A stretch of DNA of 64,000 nt, taken from an uncultured Acidobacteriota bacterium (GTDB lineage: Bacteria; Acidobacteriota; UBA6911). This document shows, one piece after another, positions 26,593 to 36,741 of this stretch. The position numbers and the translations under genes were made by a program. Positions within the stretch are counted from its first letter, which is position 1; each line of letters opens with the position of its first letter. The notes under the pieces are model-generated. The model did not search any database. It saw only the letters and a program-made list of their open reading frames with translations, and had not been told where the DNA came from. The stretch lies in the NCBI GenBank assembly GCA_963843575.1, contig CAWJKZ010000014.1:1-64000 (forward strand), in the 5' to 3' direction.

Positions 26593-27894
26593 ATGAAGTT
26601 ACTGGCATGCCTGCTGCTGATCGGCGGCTTGGAGGGTACGGGGCAAGCGCGTGAGGCGGGCGATCTGCGCGCCGAAATCGACGCCCGCGTTGCCCAGATC
26701 GAGGCCCAGGTGGTTTCCTGGCGCCGCGACCTGCACGAGCACCCGGAACTGTCCAACCGCGAGGTCCGCACCTCACGGCTCGTCGCCGACCACCTGCGTA
26801 GCCTCGGGCTTGACGTGCGTACCGGTGTGGCCCACACCGGGGTCGTCGCCGTGCTGCGCGGCGGCCTGCCGGGCCCCGTAGTCGCGCTTCGTGCCGACAT
26901 GGACGCGCTGCCGGTCGTGGAAGAGGTCGATCTGCCGTTCGCCTCGAAAGTGCGCGCCAGCTACAACGGGAGGGAAGTCGGGGTGATGCACGCGTGCGGC
27001 CACGACAACCATGTCGCGATTCTCATGGGGGTCGCCGAAGTCCTCGCAGGCGTTCGCCCCCGGCTGCCGGGCACCGTCAAATTCATATTTCAGCCGGCCG
27101 AGGAAGGTGCGCCCCCCGGCGAGACCGGCGGAGCGGCCCTGATGCTGCAGGAGGGTGTTTTCGAAAATCCCAAACCCGACGCCATCTTCGGGCTGCACGT
27201 CTTCCCGTTCGAGGTCGGCCGCATCAGGTACCGGCCGGGCGGATTCATGGCCGCGTCGGATTCCGTCAAGATCGTGGTCAAGGGGCGCCAGACCCACGGC
27301 GCCCAGCCCTGGCTCGGGCTGGATCCCATCGTGGTCGCTGCGCAGATCGTGTTGGGCCTGCAGACGCTGGTCAGCCGCCAGACGGATATCACCCAGTCCC
27401 CCGTCGTTATCACAATCGGGACCATCCAGGGGGGTGTCCGGCACAACATCGTGCCGGACACAGTCACCATGGAAGGGACGATCCGCACCTTCGACTCGGC
27501 GGTTCAGGAAGCGACGCACGCGCGCATTCGGCGCACGGCCGAGATGATCGCCGGAAGCGCGGGTGCGGCCGCGGAGGTGACGATCACCAAGGGGACCCCG
27601 GTTACCTATAACGATCCCCGGTTGACCGAGCGGATGATCGGCACGTTGAAACGTGTCGTCGGCGACGATGCCGTCTCAATCGCGGCGCCCCAGACCCCCT
27701 CGGAGGATTTTTCGATGTACGAGCAGCGCGTGCCGGGCCTCTTCTTTTTCCTCGGCGTGACGCCTCAAGGTCAGGATCCAGCCCAGGCGGCGCCGAACCA
27801 CTCGCCGCGCTTCTTCGCGGACGAAGGCGCCCTTAAAGTCGGTGTGAGGGCGCTCGCTCACTTGGCCGTCGATTTTCTGGCGCAGAATCCCTGA
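26593..27894 (+). CDS. M20D amidohydrolase with signal peptide
   Basis: HEHPELS, LRADMDALP, MHACGHD, FQPAEEG, SEDFS, NHSPRF. Confidence 0.95.
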   Translation: MKLLACLLLIGGLEGTGQAREAGDLRAEIDARVAQIEAQVVSWRRDLHEHPELSNREVRTSRLVADHLRSLGLDVRTGVAHTGVVAVLRGGLPGPVVALRADMDALPVVEEVDLPFASKVRASYNGREVGVMHACGHDNHVAILMGVAEVLAGVRPRLPGTVKFIFQPAEEGAPPGETGGAALMLQEGVFENPKPDAIFGLHVFPFEVGRIRYRPGGFMAASDSVKIVVKGRQTHGAQPWLGLDPIVVAAQIVLGLQTLVSRQTDITQSPVVITIGTIQGGVRHNIVPDTVTMEGTIRTFDSAVQEATHARIRRTAEMIAGSAGAAAEVTITKGTPVTYNDPRLTERMIGTLKRVVGDDAVSIAAPQTPSEDFSMYEQRVPGLFFFLGVTPQGQDPAQAAPNHSPRFFADEGALKVGVRALAHLAVDFLAQNP

Positions 27895-27903
27895 GGGCGT
27901 CGG

Positions 27904-27927
27904 GCGGCGCCGAGGCGCCGCACTCCA
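27904..27927. repeat. Single REP-like palindrome GCGGCGCCGAGGCGCCGCACTCCA between convergent genes
   Basis: Same unit as 20769-20792 and the reverse complement of 35161-35184. Confidence 0.75.
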
Positions 27928-27951
27928 GATTGAAGCCGGGAGGCAAGGGCA

Positions 27952-28536
27952 TCAATTCTTTTCGGCTGCTCTGCGGTCCATCACGGAACGGAACACCAGG
28001 TAGGCTCCCGCGAGCACGAGGACGGCGGGCCACCAGCGCTCGAGCCACTCCAAGGGCATCCCGAAACGGGTGTGGGCCAGGATGAGAGCGCCGAACACCA
28101 TCAGCAGGATGCCGGCGTGCAGCGAGCCTTTGCGGTTTGGCGTCTCCATGTCCTCCGGTAACTCGAGGGGACCCAGGCCGGCGAGCGCCTGGTTGTAGAG
28201 GGTGGCCCGGCGGGCCGCGTCGACGACATTATAGAGCCAGAAGAAGGCGAGGAAAATGGCTGCCAGGGGCTCTGCGTCGCCGATGCCGCGGTGCAACAGC
28301 GTGATCAGCGAGGCGACGACGAGGATATTGATGAAGCCCTGCTGGTAGTACCCGATATAGACCTGGCCCAGGCCGGGTACGAGCGACATCAGGGTGGCCA
28401 GGGCGGGCGACTTGGTCCTCGTGTCCTCCGGGTAATAATCCCTTCGGCGCAAGCCGGGCGCCATGGCGGGCGGGGGTGTGGCGGGGGCGGCGACGCGCGG
28501 TTCCGGGCCGGGTAGCGATTCCTGTAAGCTGGTCAT
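27952..28536 (-). CDS. Membrane protein (TM2-like N-part, DUF5668/LiaF-like C-part)
   Basis: KSPALATLMSLVPGLGQVYIGYY; WLERWWPAVLVLAG; GGAGG RBS. Confidence 0.8.
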   Translation of the reverse strand: MTSLQESLPGPEPRVAAPATPPPAMAPGLRRRDYYPEDTRTKSPALATLMSLVPGLGQVYIGYYQQGFINILVVASLITLLHRGIGDAEPLAAIFLAFFWLYNVVDAARRATLYNQALAGLGPLELPEDMETPNRKGSLHAGILLMVFGALILAHTRFGMPLEWLERWWPAVLVLAGAYLVFRSVMDRRAAEKN

Positions 28537-28587
28537 GACGGCCTCCTCGACTTCTCCAGGTTGATTTCGTCTGTCCATCCACACGGG

Positions 28588-28613
28588 TAAACGCATCGCG
28601 CGGGGAAAAGTTC
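28588..28613 (-). promoter_or_regulatory. Putative ECF sigma promoter GAAC-N16-CGTT
   Basis: Minus strand GAACTTTTCCCCGCGCGATGCGTTTA upstream of the membrane-protein gene. Confidence 0.55.
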
Positions 28614-28629
28614 GGTGCATTCCGGCGGG

Positions 28630-29449
28630 TTATTTGGGCGGGCGCCGCGTCAGACGCGCGGCCGCCTCGGCCCAGCCGCGGCCGACGGCTTCGAGGTGCC
28701 GCACGCCGAGCGGCGGCGTCGAGGGAAGCGGTCTCGATTGCGCTGCCGGTCCGCGCGGTGAATGCGACAAGGGAAGAGCGCACGGCATCAAGCTGGCGTG
28801 CCGCGGTGCGGGCCGCGTCTTCCGCCGGTGCAAGATCCGCGGCGGCGGCGGCGCGGCCCCTTGCGGTCGCGACGGCACGCATGGACGAGGAGCCAACGTC
28901 CAGCATCGGGTTCAGGAAGAGGAGCGCGAAGAGGACCGTCCCGGCATAAGCGGCCTCCCAGGCAAAAAGAGGACGGTGCAACAGGTGGCGCCAGAGCTCC
29001 CCCGGCCGGATGCCGCGCCGGGCCGGCGCCGGCGGCCGGGGCCGCGTCGCCTCGAGGACCGCGGCCGTGAATTCGGGACCGGGGTCTACCCTGGCCAGCC
29101 TGGGGAGCACGTCGCCGAGCATTCGCAGGGTGACGGCCAACCTGCGGCAGGGCTCGCAATGTCTGGTGTGCATTTCGAGCACCAGGGCGGAGTCAGGGTC
29201 GATGGGGCCGTCGAGCCGAGCCGACAACAATTCTCTCGACCGTCGGCACGCGGGCCCGGTCGTCAAGTGGAGCACGGCGCGGGTCAACTCTGCGCCCCGC
29301 GCGGGAGGCAGGACGTCTTCTTCGCCGCGGGCGATCCGGTACAGCCGCCTGCAAGCCGCGCACGACCGCAGGTGGTCCTGCGCCCCGGCCGGAACGGCGG
29401 TTCCGTCGCACAGACGATCCAAGAGGTCTTCGAAGTCTCGACAGTCCAT
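28630..29449 (-). CDS. Zinc-binding anti-sigma factor with two zf-HC2 motifs and a TM helix; probable 3' frameshift
   Basis: MDC...HLRSCAAC and C...HTRHCEPC; TM segment AAYAGTVLFALLFLNP; follows the ECF sigma gene. Confidence 0.8.
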
Positions 29450-29460
29450 TGGTCGACCCG

Positions 29461-30033
29461 TTACGTTGGGCCCGGGACGGCGGCGCCCTCGCCCGACAGT
29501 TGCTGCACCCTCCGGGCCAGCTCGATGCGGGCACGGTTGCAGCGCGATTTGATGGTCCCGAGCGGCACATGCAGCACCGCCGCGATTTCCTCGAGCGGCA
29601 GCCCTTCGATATCACGCAGCACAATGATCTCCCGGTTGAGATCAGTAAGATCGCGGAGCGCGCGACGCACCAGACGCCTGCGCGAGGTCTCGGCCCACTG
29701 CTGCTCGGGATTCAGGTCCCTCGAAGCGATTGACATGTCGTCGACTTCCAAGTCCTGCGACGGCGGCCGGGCCTTCCTGCGCCGAAGCTGGTCGACGCAG
29801 AGGTTGCGGGCGATGCGGATAGCCCAGGGCACGAACCACCGCGGCTCGGTGCACAAATGCAGGTTGCGGAAGATGCGGACAAAGATCTCCTGGGCCATGT
29901 CCCTGGCGTCCTCGGGATTGGCGAGGTAGTGGACCGCGATCCCGTAGATCCGCCCCTGGTACTCGCGCACGAGGGCCTCCCAGGCGAGTTCATCGCCTTG
30001 CCTGCAGCGCTCCAAAATCAGGCCGAGGTCCAT
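29461..30033 (-). CDS. ECF RNA polymerase sigma factor
   Basis: AWEALVREYQ, DARDMAQEIFVRIF, WAIRIARN, EEIAAVLHVPLGTIKSR. Confidence 0.95.
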   Translation of the reverse strand: MDLGLILERCRQGDELAWEALVREYQGRIYGIAVHYLANPEDARDMAQEIFVRIFRNLHLCTEPRWFVPWAIRIARNLCVDQLRRRKARPPSQDLEVDDMSIASRDLNPEQQWAETSRRRLVRRALRDLTDLNREIIVLRDIEGLPLEEIAAVLHVPLGTIKSRCNRARIELARRVQQLSGEGAAVPGPT

Positions 30034-30060
30034 GGGTCCTTCCTGAGCCACCAGATACAT

Positions 30061-30086
30061 TAACGTACAGCGTGCCTCCCAGGTTC
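30061..30086 (-). promoter_or_regulatory. Putative autoregulatory ECF promoter GAAC-N17-CGTTA
   Basis: Minus strand GAACCTGGGAGGCACGCTGTACGTTA ~30 bp upstream of the sigma start. Confidence 0.55.
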
Positions 30087-30112
30087 GGTTGTCCAATCCA
30101 GTGGAAATAATA

Positions 30113-30242
30113 TGGAGTGCCTCGGCGCTGCTTTCATTTGCGTCCTGCGACAGGGAATGCTCGGCGCCTCGGCGCCATGCCGAACTGCGAGGTGGCTACC
30201 CTGAGGCGCCACCATCAAGGTGGCGTCAATCCCCACACTCCA
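30113..30242. repeat. Degenerate copy of the TGGAGTG...CACTCCA REP-like element
   Basis: TGGAGTGC-CTCGGCGCTGCTTTCA...GGCGCCTCGGCGCCATGCCGAACTGCGA...CACTCCA. Confidence 0.75.
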
Positions 30243-30354
30243 CGAAGCGGCCTGCAGGTCGCTTCACGGCGGTAGCGTGCGCTGTGGCATAATCGCAGCA
30301 TCGCTGACTGCGGCAGTTGAGCCGAAAAAGCGCGCGGGCCAGAAAGGGACTGAC

Positions 30355-31947
30355 ATGAGGTTTGGCATTGATTTTGGCACGACCAGGACGGTTGTCGCGT
30401 TAGTAGACCGCGGCAACTATCCAGTCGTCAGTTTCCAGTCGGAGAGCGGGGAAGTCCAACCATGGTACCCCTCGCTGGTGGCTGCGAGCGGCGACCACTT
30501 CCGCTTCGGGCTTGGCGCCGAGGCGTTGGTCGATGAGCCCGGGTGGGTCTTACTCCGCTCGCTGAAGCGGCTGCTCGCCCGTCAGACTGGGATTCAACTC
30601 GGGGATCGTCCGGTGGCGCCGCTCGACCTTCTCACGGGCTACCTGGACCGGTTGCGCTTCGATCTCTGCGAGCGCTCCAACCTGGAGATCGAGTCGGGAG
30701 AGCCGCTCGAGGTCATGGTGGCCGTCCCGGCCAATGCCAACAGCAACCAGCGCTTCCTCACGCTCGAAGGATTCCGGCGGGCGGGATTCCGCGTGCTCGG
30801 GATGCTCAACGAGCCGTCGGCCGCCGGGATCGAATACGCCCAGCGCTCGGCATCGAGGGAAGAGTCCAAATCGCGGGAGTACCTGCTCGTCTACGACCTG
30901 GGCGGCGGCACGTTTGACGCTTCGATCATCGGGCTGAAGAACCGCGACTACGACGTGGTCACCGACGAAGGGATCACGGAACTGGGCGGGGACGACTTCG
31001 ACGAGTTGCTGCTGGAGATGGCCCTGGAGCACTCCCCGGGTCAGCTGAACATCGACTCTCAAACGCGGTTCCACCTGCTCGAGGAGTGCCGACGGCAGAA
31101 GGAGTCGCTCCATCCGAACACCCGTCGGATGGTCGTGGACCTCGGTCGTGTCCTCGAGGGTGCGGGCGAGGTTACGGTGCCGGCGGACGAATACTATCAG
31201 CGGTGCGCTCCGCTGGTCGAGCGGACCGTTTCGGCGGTCGAGTACGCGGTGCAGCGGGCCTCCGCGGAGGCGGATTTCGACTGGAACGCGGTGTCGGCGC
31301 TGTATCTCGTCGGCGGGTCGAGCGACCTGCCCGTGGTCGGCCGCATGCTCAGGGAGCGCTACGGCAGGCGCGTGCGCCGTTCCCCCTACCCGTACTCCGC
31401 CACGGCGATCGGCCTGGCCATAGCAGCCGACGCCCGGGGCGAACACCGGATCCGCGAGCGGTTCACCCGATTTTTCGGCGTCTGGCGCGAGGCGGAGTCG
31501 GGGCACCTGGTCGTGTTCGATCCGATTTTCATGAAGGGGACGCCCCTGCCCGCGGCCGGGGATGCCCTGGTGCAGCGCCGGCTTTACAGCCCGGCGCACA
31601 ATATTGGCCACTTTCGCTACCTGGAGTGCAGCCGGATCACGCAGGACGGGCAACCGGATGGCGACATCACGCCGTGGAACGAGGTCTTTTTCGGCATGGA
31701 TCCCGGACTGCGCGGCGCGACCACCCTCGAGAGCGTCGGGGTGCAGCGCACCGCCAACTTAGCCGGGCAACTGATACGCGAGGAGTACCGCTGCGACTCG
31801 CAGGGTATCATCGAGGTGAACATCGCCAACGAGACCTCCGGTTATGAACGGACGTTCCGGCTGGGTGACCCGTCGGGGATCACAACCGTGCAGGGGCCTG
31901 AGGCGGGCAAGGCCGGACGAAGAGCCCGAGCACAAAACCGGGACTGA
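30355..31947 (+). CDS. Hsp70-family protein (atypical, non-DnaK)
   Basis: [38 protein letters not shown]; divergent C-terminus. Confidence 0.9.
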   Translation: MRFGIDFGTTRTVVALVDRGNYPVVSFQSESGEVQPWYPSLVAASGDHFRFGLGAEALVDEPGWVLLRSLKRLLARQTGIQLGDRPVAPLDLLTGYLDRLRFDLCERSNLEIESGEPLEVMVAVPANANSNQRFLTLEGFRRAGFRVLGMLNEPSAAGIEYAQRSASREESKSREYLLVYDLGGGTFDASIIGLKNRDYDVVTDEGITELGGDDFDELLLEMALEHSPGQLNIDSQTRFHLLEECRRQKESLHPNTRRMVVDLGRVLEGAGEVTVPADEYYQRCAPLVERTVSAVEYAVQRASAEADFDWNAVSALYLVGGSSDLPVVGRMLRERYGRRVRRSPYPYSATAIGLAIAADARGEHRIRERFTRFFGVWREAESGHLVVFDPIFMKGTPLPAAGDALVQRRLYSPAHNIGHFRYLECSRITQDGQPDGDITPWNEVFFGMDPGLRGATTLESVGVQRTANLAGQLIREEYRCDSQGIIEVNIANETSGYERTFRLGDPSGITTVQGPEAGKAGRRARAQNRD

Positions 31948-31967
31948 CATCGCGCCGGCGCGGAGGG

Positions 31968-33659
31968 ATGATGGCGTACCAGTACATCTACACGATGAAG
32001 GGGCTGCGCAAGGTATATCCTCCCGGCCGGGAGGTGCTGAAGGGTATCTGGCTGTCGTTTCTCCCCGGTGCGAAAATCGGAGTCATCGGCCCGAATGGGT
32101 CGGGGAAGAGCACCCTGCTCCGGATCATGGCCGGCGAGATCGGCGAGTTTCAGGGTGAAGCCTGGGCGGCCGAGGGTGTGACGGTCGGTTTTCTCCCGCA
32201 GGAGCCGCGGCTGGATCCGGAGAAGGACGTCCTGGGCAACGTGGAGGAAGGATTGCGCCCGGTGCGCATGCTCCTGGACGAATTCGACCGGATCAACGAA
32301 CGCTTCGCGGGCGAACTGTCGCCCGACGAGATGGACAAGCTGCTCGCGGAGCAGGCTCGCGTCCAGGACGCAATCGATGCCTGCAACGGCTGGGAGATTG
32401 ACCGCATGCTCGAGGTCGCGATGGATGCCCTTCGGCTCCCCCCGTCGGAATCGGACGTGCGCACGCTGTCGGGTGGCGAGCGCAGGCGGGTGGCCCTCTG
32501 CCGGCTGTTGCTGCAGCGCCCCGACCTGCTGCTCCTGGACGAACCGACCAATCACCTCGACGCCGAGTCCGTGGAGTGGCTCGAACGGTTCCTGAAGGAC
32601 TACGCCGGGACCGTCGTCGCCGTCACCCACGACCGCTATTTCCTGGACAACGCCGCCGGCTGGATCCTGGAGCTGGACCGCGGCGAGGGTATCCCGTGGG
32701 AAGGGAATTACTCGTCCTGGCTCGCTCAGAAGCAGGCACGGCTCGCGGCCGAGGAAAAACAGGAATCGGCCCGCCGTCGGACGCTGCAGCGGGAACTCGA
32801 GTGGGTCCGGATGACGCCGCGAGCGCGCCAGGCCAAAGGGAAAGCACGCCTTGCGGCCTACGAGAAGCTGCTGGCGGATGAGAGCGACCTCGACAAGCGG
32901 GTGGAAGCCGTGGAAATCCGGATACCATCGGGCCCGCGGCTGGGCGATCTGGTCGTCGAGTGCGCAAACCTGCGCAAGGGCTACGGCGATCGCCTGCTGA
33001 TCGAAGACCTCTCGTTCTCGCTGCCGCGCGGCGGCATCGTCGGCGTGATCGGGCCCAACGGGGCCGGGAAAACCACCTTGTTCCGGATGATGGTCGGCCA
33101 GGAGGCGCCCGACGGCGGAACGCTGCGCCTCGGCGAGACGGTCAAGCTCGCCTACGTGGACCAAAGCCGCGACTCACTCCACGGAGACAAACAGGTCTGG
33201 GAGAGTATCGGGGACGGACGCGACATCATCTCGATGGGCGGCCGGGACGTCCCGGTGCGGTCCTATGCGGCGGCTTTCAACTTCAAGGGCCCCGACCAGC
33301 AGAAGCGCGTGAAGGAACTCTCCGGCGGGGAACGGAACCGCCTGCACCTGGCGCGGCTCCTGACCTCCGGGGGAAACCTCCTGCTGCTCGACGAGCCTAC
33401 CAACGACCTCGATGTCGACACTCTGCGCGCTCTGGAGGAGGCCATACTCGCGTTCGCCGGCTGCGTCGTCGTCATCAGCCACGACCGGTGGTTCCTCGAC
33501 CGGATCGCCACCCACATGCTGGCTTTCGAAGGGGACTCCAAGGTGGTGTGGTTCGAGGGCAATTACCACGACTACGAGGCGGACCGCAGGCGCAGGCTCG
33601 GGGCCGAGGCCGATCAGCCGCACCGGATCCGATACAAGAAACTCGCCCTGGGGGCGTGA
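31968..33659 (+). CDS. ettA: Energy-dependent translational throttle protein EttA (ABC-F)
   Basis: Two ABC domains ([18 protein letters not shown]), [18 protein letters not shown] linker, [10 protein letters not shown] end. Confidence 0.96.
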   Translation: MMAYQYIYTMKGLRKVYPPGREVLKGIWLSFLPGAKIGVIGPNGSGKSTLLRIMAGEIGEFQGEAWAAEGVTVGFLPQEPRLDPEKDVLGNVEEGLRPVRMLLDEFDRINERFAGELSPDEMDKLLAEQARVQDAIDACNGWEIDRMLEVAMDALRLPPSESDVRTLSGGERRRVALCRLLLQRPDLLLLDEPTNHLDAESVEWLERFLKDYAGTVVAVTHDRYFLDNAAGWILELDRGEGIPWEGNYSSWLAQKQARLAAEEKQESARRRTLQRELEWVRMTPRARQAKGKARLAAYEKLLADESDLDKRVEAVEIRIPSGPRLGDLVVECANLRKGYGDRLLIEDLSFSLPRGGIVGVIGPNGAGKTTLFRMMVGQEAPDGGTLRLGETVKLAYVDQSRDSLHGDKQVWESIGDGRDIISMGGRDVPVRSYAAAFNFKGPDQQKRVKELSGGERNRLHLARLLTSGGNLLLLDEPTNDLDVDTLRALEEAILAFAGCVVVISHDRWFLDRIATHMLAFEGDSKVVWFEGNYHDYEADRRRRLGAEADQPHRIRYKKLALGA

Positions 33660-33669
33660 CCGCTCACTT

Positions 33670-34338
33670 TCAATGCCGAAGCCGCCTGCGCACGTCAGGC
33701 CAGAACTCCTTGAAGACATTCCACCCGGCATCGATCGCGATGGAGATGGCGCCGCTTTCGAGGCCGTTCCTGACGCTGCGCTCGCCTTCCGGGTACCAGG
33801 CGCGGGAGACCAGCGAGCCGGTAAACGTCCCGATCACCCGCGCCTCCGCAAACTTGTTGCCGCCGTCGTCTTTGCGGGTGATGAATGTCCACGCCAGGGC
33901 GTGCGCCGCCCTGGGCATGATCCCGGTGCGGGTCGAGGCAAAATAGCGCGGATCCTCGTTCAGCAGCGCGCCCAATCCCTGGGCCACCGATCGCTTGATA
34001 GCGTATTGACCGAATTTTGAGGCCACGCGCTTCCCATAGCCTTCCATCCCCTGGCCCCATTCCGGGTTGGTGTCCTGGGCCTGGTTGACCGCAGACCACG
34101 TCGCCACCCTCGCCGCCGCGACCGGACCGTAGGTGCTCTTGAGGTAGTAATGCCACTTCTCGCTTCCGGTGAGCGGGGTGTAACCGGACACCGGGCCGGC
34201 CGGAGGCGTCGCGGCAGTAGGGGCCCTTGGCAGGTTTTGCGGAGCGCCCGGCTGATCCTGGGTGGCCCACACCGCCGCGCCTGCCGTCAGGCTCCAGAGA
34301 ATACAAACCAGAAAGTTACGGAGTGCCAGATAACCCAT
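33670..34338 (-). CDS. Hypothetical exported/membrane protein
   Basis: Signal peptide, PEWGQGMEGYGKR, EDPRYF, NVFKEFWPD; recognisable conserved-hypothetical pattern. Confidence 0.8.
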   Translation of the reverse strand: MGYLALRNFLVCILWSLTAGAAVWATQDQPGAPQNLPRAPTAATPPAGPVSGYTPLTGSEKWHYYLKSTYGPVAAARVATWSAVNQAQDTNPEWGQGMEGYGKRVASKFGQYAIKRSVAQGLGALLNEDPRYFASTRTGIMPRAAHALAWTFITRKDDGGNKFAEARVIGTFTGSLVSRAWYPEGERSVRNGLESGAISIAIDAGWNVFKEFWPDVRRRLRH

Positions 34339-34548
34339 CTTATCCCCAAATTCGCACCGCAAAAAGAGCGCCACCACGGCGCCGATGAGGTAATTCTGCC
34401 ATCTGAGGCCCACCCGTGCCAGATTCAGATTGGCCGGTCGCCCGTAATCTGAAACTTTTCGGCTTCCGGATAATCGAACGCAGTATCCCCCCACTGCAAA
34501 ATGTGTCCGGCGGGGCCTGGCTCGCCGTCGGAACGGACGGAGTTCAGA

Positions 34549-35157
34549 ATGCAAAGACTTTTCGTATTGCTGACTGGGGCGTTTCTCCTCTCGCCCCTGA
34601 CGCTGGCAGCACAGGAGTTCTACCCCAAAGCGGAGGTTTTCGGGGGGTATTCTTTCCTGAGGACCAACATCACCGACAGGTATGCTCCGACCCTGGAGGG
34701 ATTTTACCCGGCGCAGGACTACAACCTGCACGGGTGGGAGGGTTCCGTCGCCGGGAACCTGAACAGCTGGTTCGGCTTGAAAGCCGACTTCAGCGGCCAC
34801 TACGACGTCAGCGAGGCGGTCCGCAACGGGAGGATCGTCGGCTCCAACGTGCACTCGTTTCTCTTCGGGCCGCAGTTCACGAGCCGCGCCAGCGAACACT
34901 TCCAGCCCTGGGTACACGCGCTGGTCGGGGCCGCCCGCGGTGCGTACGACTACGACTCCCCATTCCGGGACATCGTGAGCACCAAGTTCGCGATGGCGGT
35001 CGGTGGCGGGGTCGACGTCAGGCTGTCCAACTCGGTGGCGGTGCGGTTGGTGCAGGCTGATTACCTCATGACGCGCTTTGGCAGCAGCAGCGAGTTCGAC
35101 ATCAAGGACCGGCAGGACAATCTGCGTCTGGGCGCCGGCCTCGTGTTTCGCTGGTAA
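34549..35157 (+). CDS. Outer membrane beta-barrel protein
   Basis: Signal peptide, AEVFGGYS, SFLFGP, FAMAVGGGVD, QADY, C-terminal GLVFRW. Confidence 0.88.
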   Translation: MQRLFVLLTGAFLLSPLTLAAQEFYPKAEVFGGYSFLRTNITDRYAPTLEGFYPAQDYNLHGWEGSVAGNLNSWFGLKADFSGHYDVSEAVRNGRIVGSNVHSFLFGPQFTSRASEHFQPWVHALVGAARGAYDYDSPFRDIVSTKFAMAVGGGVDVRLSNSVAVRLVQADYLMTRFGSSSEFDIKDRQDNLRLGAGLVFRW

Positions 35158-35160
35158 TCT

Positions 35161-35250
35161 TGGAGTGCGGCGCCTCGGCGCCGCTTTCACTGGCGTCCTG
35201 TGGCCGGAATACCCGGCGTCGCGGCACCATGCCGAGCTGCGAGATGCGCG
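35161..35250. repeat. Partial copy of the TGGAGTG REP-like element
   Basis: TGGAGTGCGGCGCCTCGGCGCCGCTTTCACTGGCGTCCTGTGGCCGGAATACCCGGCG... between convergent genes. Confidence 0.8.
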
Positions 35251-35264
35251 ACTGGACAGGATTT

Positions 35265-36686
35265 TCAGCTCGGACCCACTTGGGCGGACGCGCATTCCGC
35301 AATGTCGCTGACGGCTTGCCGGACCCGGTCCAGGTGGGTCCTGAACGAGAGGACGCAGATCCTGATCACGAATATGCCGCGCACAGTGGTGCCGGTGAGA
35401 TAAACGTTCTGCCGTGCGTTGACCCGCTCCAGCAGTTCCCGGTTGACTCGATTGAGTTCTTCCGGCGAGCGTCCGGGCGGGGCGAGGCGAAATGCGACGA
35501 TGGACAATTGTGGTTCCGCAACGATCTCCAGATTCGGGATCCCACGCAGTTGCCCGGTAGCCCACAGGGTCAGGTCTATCTTCTCGTCGAGGTTGCGGGT
35601 GAACGGCCCGATACCGTGCATCTTGATCGGGAGCCACACCCGCAGGCCGCGGAAGGCACGCGACAGCTCCGGCGAGTAGTTGGAGAAATCGACCAAGTCT
35701 TCGTCCTGGACGGTGGGCGGGAGGTATTCGGCGTGAACCGAGTGGGCCTCCTTCAGCGCGGTCCCGTCGCGCACCAGGAGTGAACCGGTGCCGTAGGGAA
35801 GGAACAGGGCCTTGTGCGGGTCGAGGGTCACCGAGTCGGAGCGCTCCAGCCCGGTCATGGCGGCGCGGCCCCTTGCGGTGAGCATGAAGAACCCGCCGTA
35901 GGCCGCGTCCACGTGCAGCCAGAGATCCTTTTCCGCTGCCAGATCCGCGAGCGCGTTCAGGTCGTCGACCGCGCCGGTGTTGGTGGTGCCGGCGCTGGCG
36001 ACGATCATGAACGGGGTCATGCCGCGTCTGCGATCGCCTTCGATGGCGTCGCAAAGGGCCTGCGCCGGCAGGCGGAATTGTGCGTCCGAGGTCACGCGGC
36101 GCACGTTTGTGGCCGGGAAACCGGCCAGCACCGCGGCTTTGAGCACCGAGTGGTGCACCTGGTCGGAAGCATACAGGGTGCCCGTGAGAAACATCTCGGG
36201 CAGTTTTCGCCGGCGTGCGGTGACGATGGCGGTGAAGTTCGCCAGCGATCCGCCGGTGGTGAGCAGTCCGCGGGCCGTTGCAGGGTAACCGACGATATCC
36301 GCACACCAGCGGAGGACGGTTGCCTCCAGCTGCGAGAGGGCCGGGGCGGCCAGCCAGACGCCGACATAGCGGTTCACGGCATCGGCTATCAGGTCCGCGA
36401 CGGCTGTCTGAAAAAGACCGCCCCCCGGGATGTACGCGAGGTAACCCGGACTCGCCGTATTGAAGGTCTTCGGGATCAGGACTTCGAACAACCCGGCGAG
36501 TAATTCCTCCAGCGGCCGTCCCTGCTGGGGCAGCGGCTCGGCGACCGAACGCGCCACTCGGACGGCGTCGGCGAGGTCGACAGCGGGCTGCTCCGGGAGC
36601 GACTCGATAAAGGGGACGATGCGATCCATCGCGAGGCGAACCAGGCGGCGCATCTCGTCCCCGGACAGTTCAAGCTCCGAATCCAC
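35265..36686 (-). CDS. PLP-dependent group II (aromatic amino acid-type) decarboxylase
   Basis: TTGGSLAN, HHSVLKAA, AGTTNTGAVD, WLHVDAAYGG, DPHK, ELSR.FR. Confidence 0.93.
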   Translation of the reverse strand: MDSELELSGDEMRRLVRLAMDRIVPFIESLPEQPAVDLADAVRVARSVAEPLPQQGRPLEELLAGLFEVLIPKTFNTASPGYLAYIPGGGLFQTAVADLIADAVNRYVGVWLAAPALSQLEATVLRWCADIVGYPATARGLLTTGGSLANFTAIVTARRRKLPEMFLTGTLYASDQVHHSVLKAAVLAGFPATNVRRVTSDAQFRLPAQALCDAIEGDRRRGMTPFMIVASAGTTNTGAVDDLNALADLAAEKDLWLHVDAAYGGFFMLTARGRAAMTGLERSDSVTLDPHKALFLPYGTGSLLVRDGTALKEAHSVHAEYLPPTVQDEDLVDFSNYSPELSRAFRGLRVWLPIKMHGIGPFTRNLDEKIDLTLWATGQLRGIPNLEIVAEPQLSIVAFRLAPPGRSPEELNRVNRELLERVNARQNVYLTGTTVRGIFVIRICVLSFRTHLDRVRQAVSDIAECASAQVGPS

Positions 36687-36741
36687 GGGTCTGCTCCTCG
36701 GAAGGAAAGCATTCTAGCTTGTTTCGAGGGATGCGCGAGGC

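Noticed and set aside
33670-36306. 878-aa minus-strand ORF and similar long antisense ORFs (e.g. 56779..58494, 60485..62845)
   Set aside because: Shadow frames of high-GC genes; only the last ~222 codons (33670-34338) of the 878-aa ORF look like a real protein.
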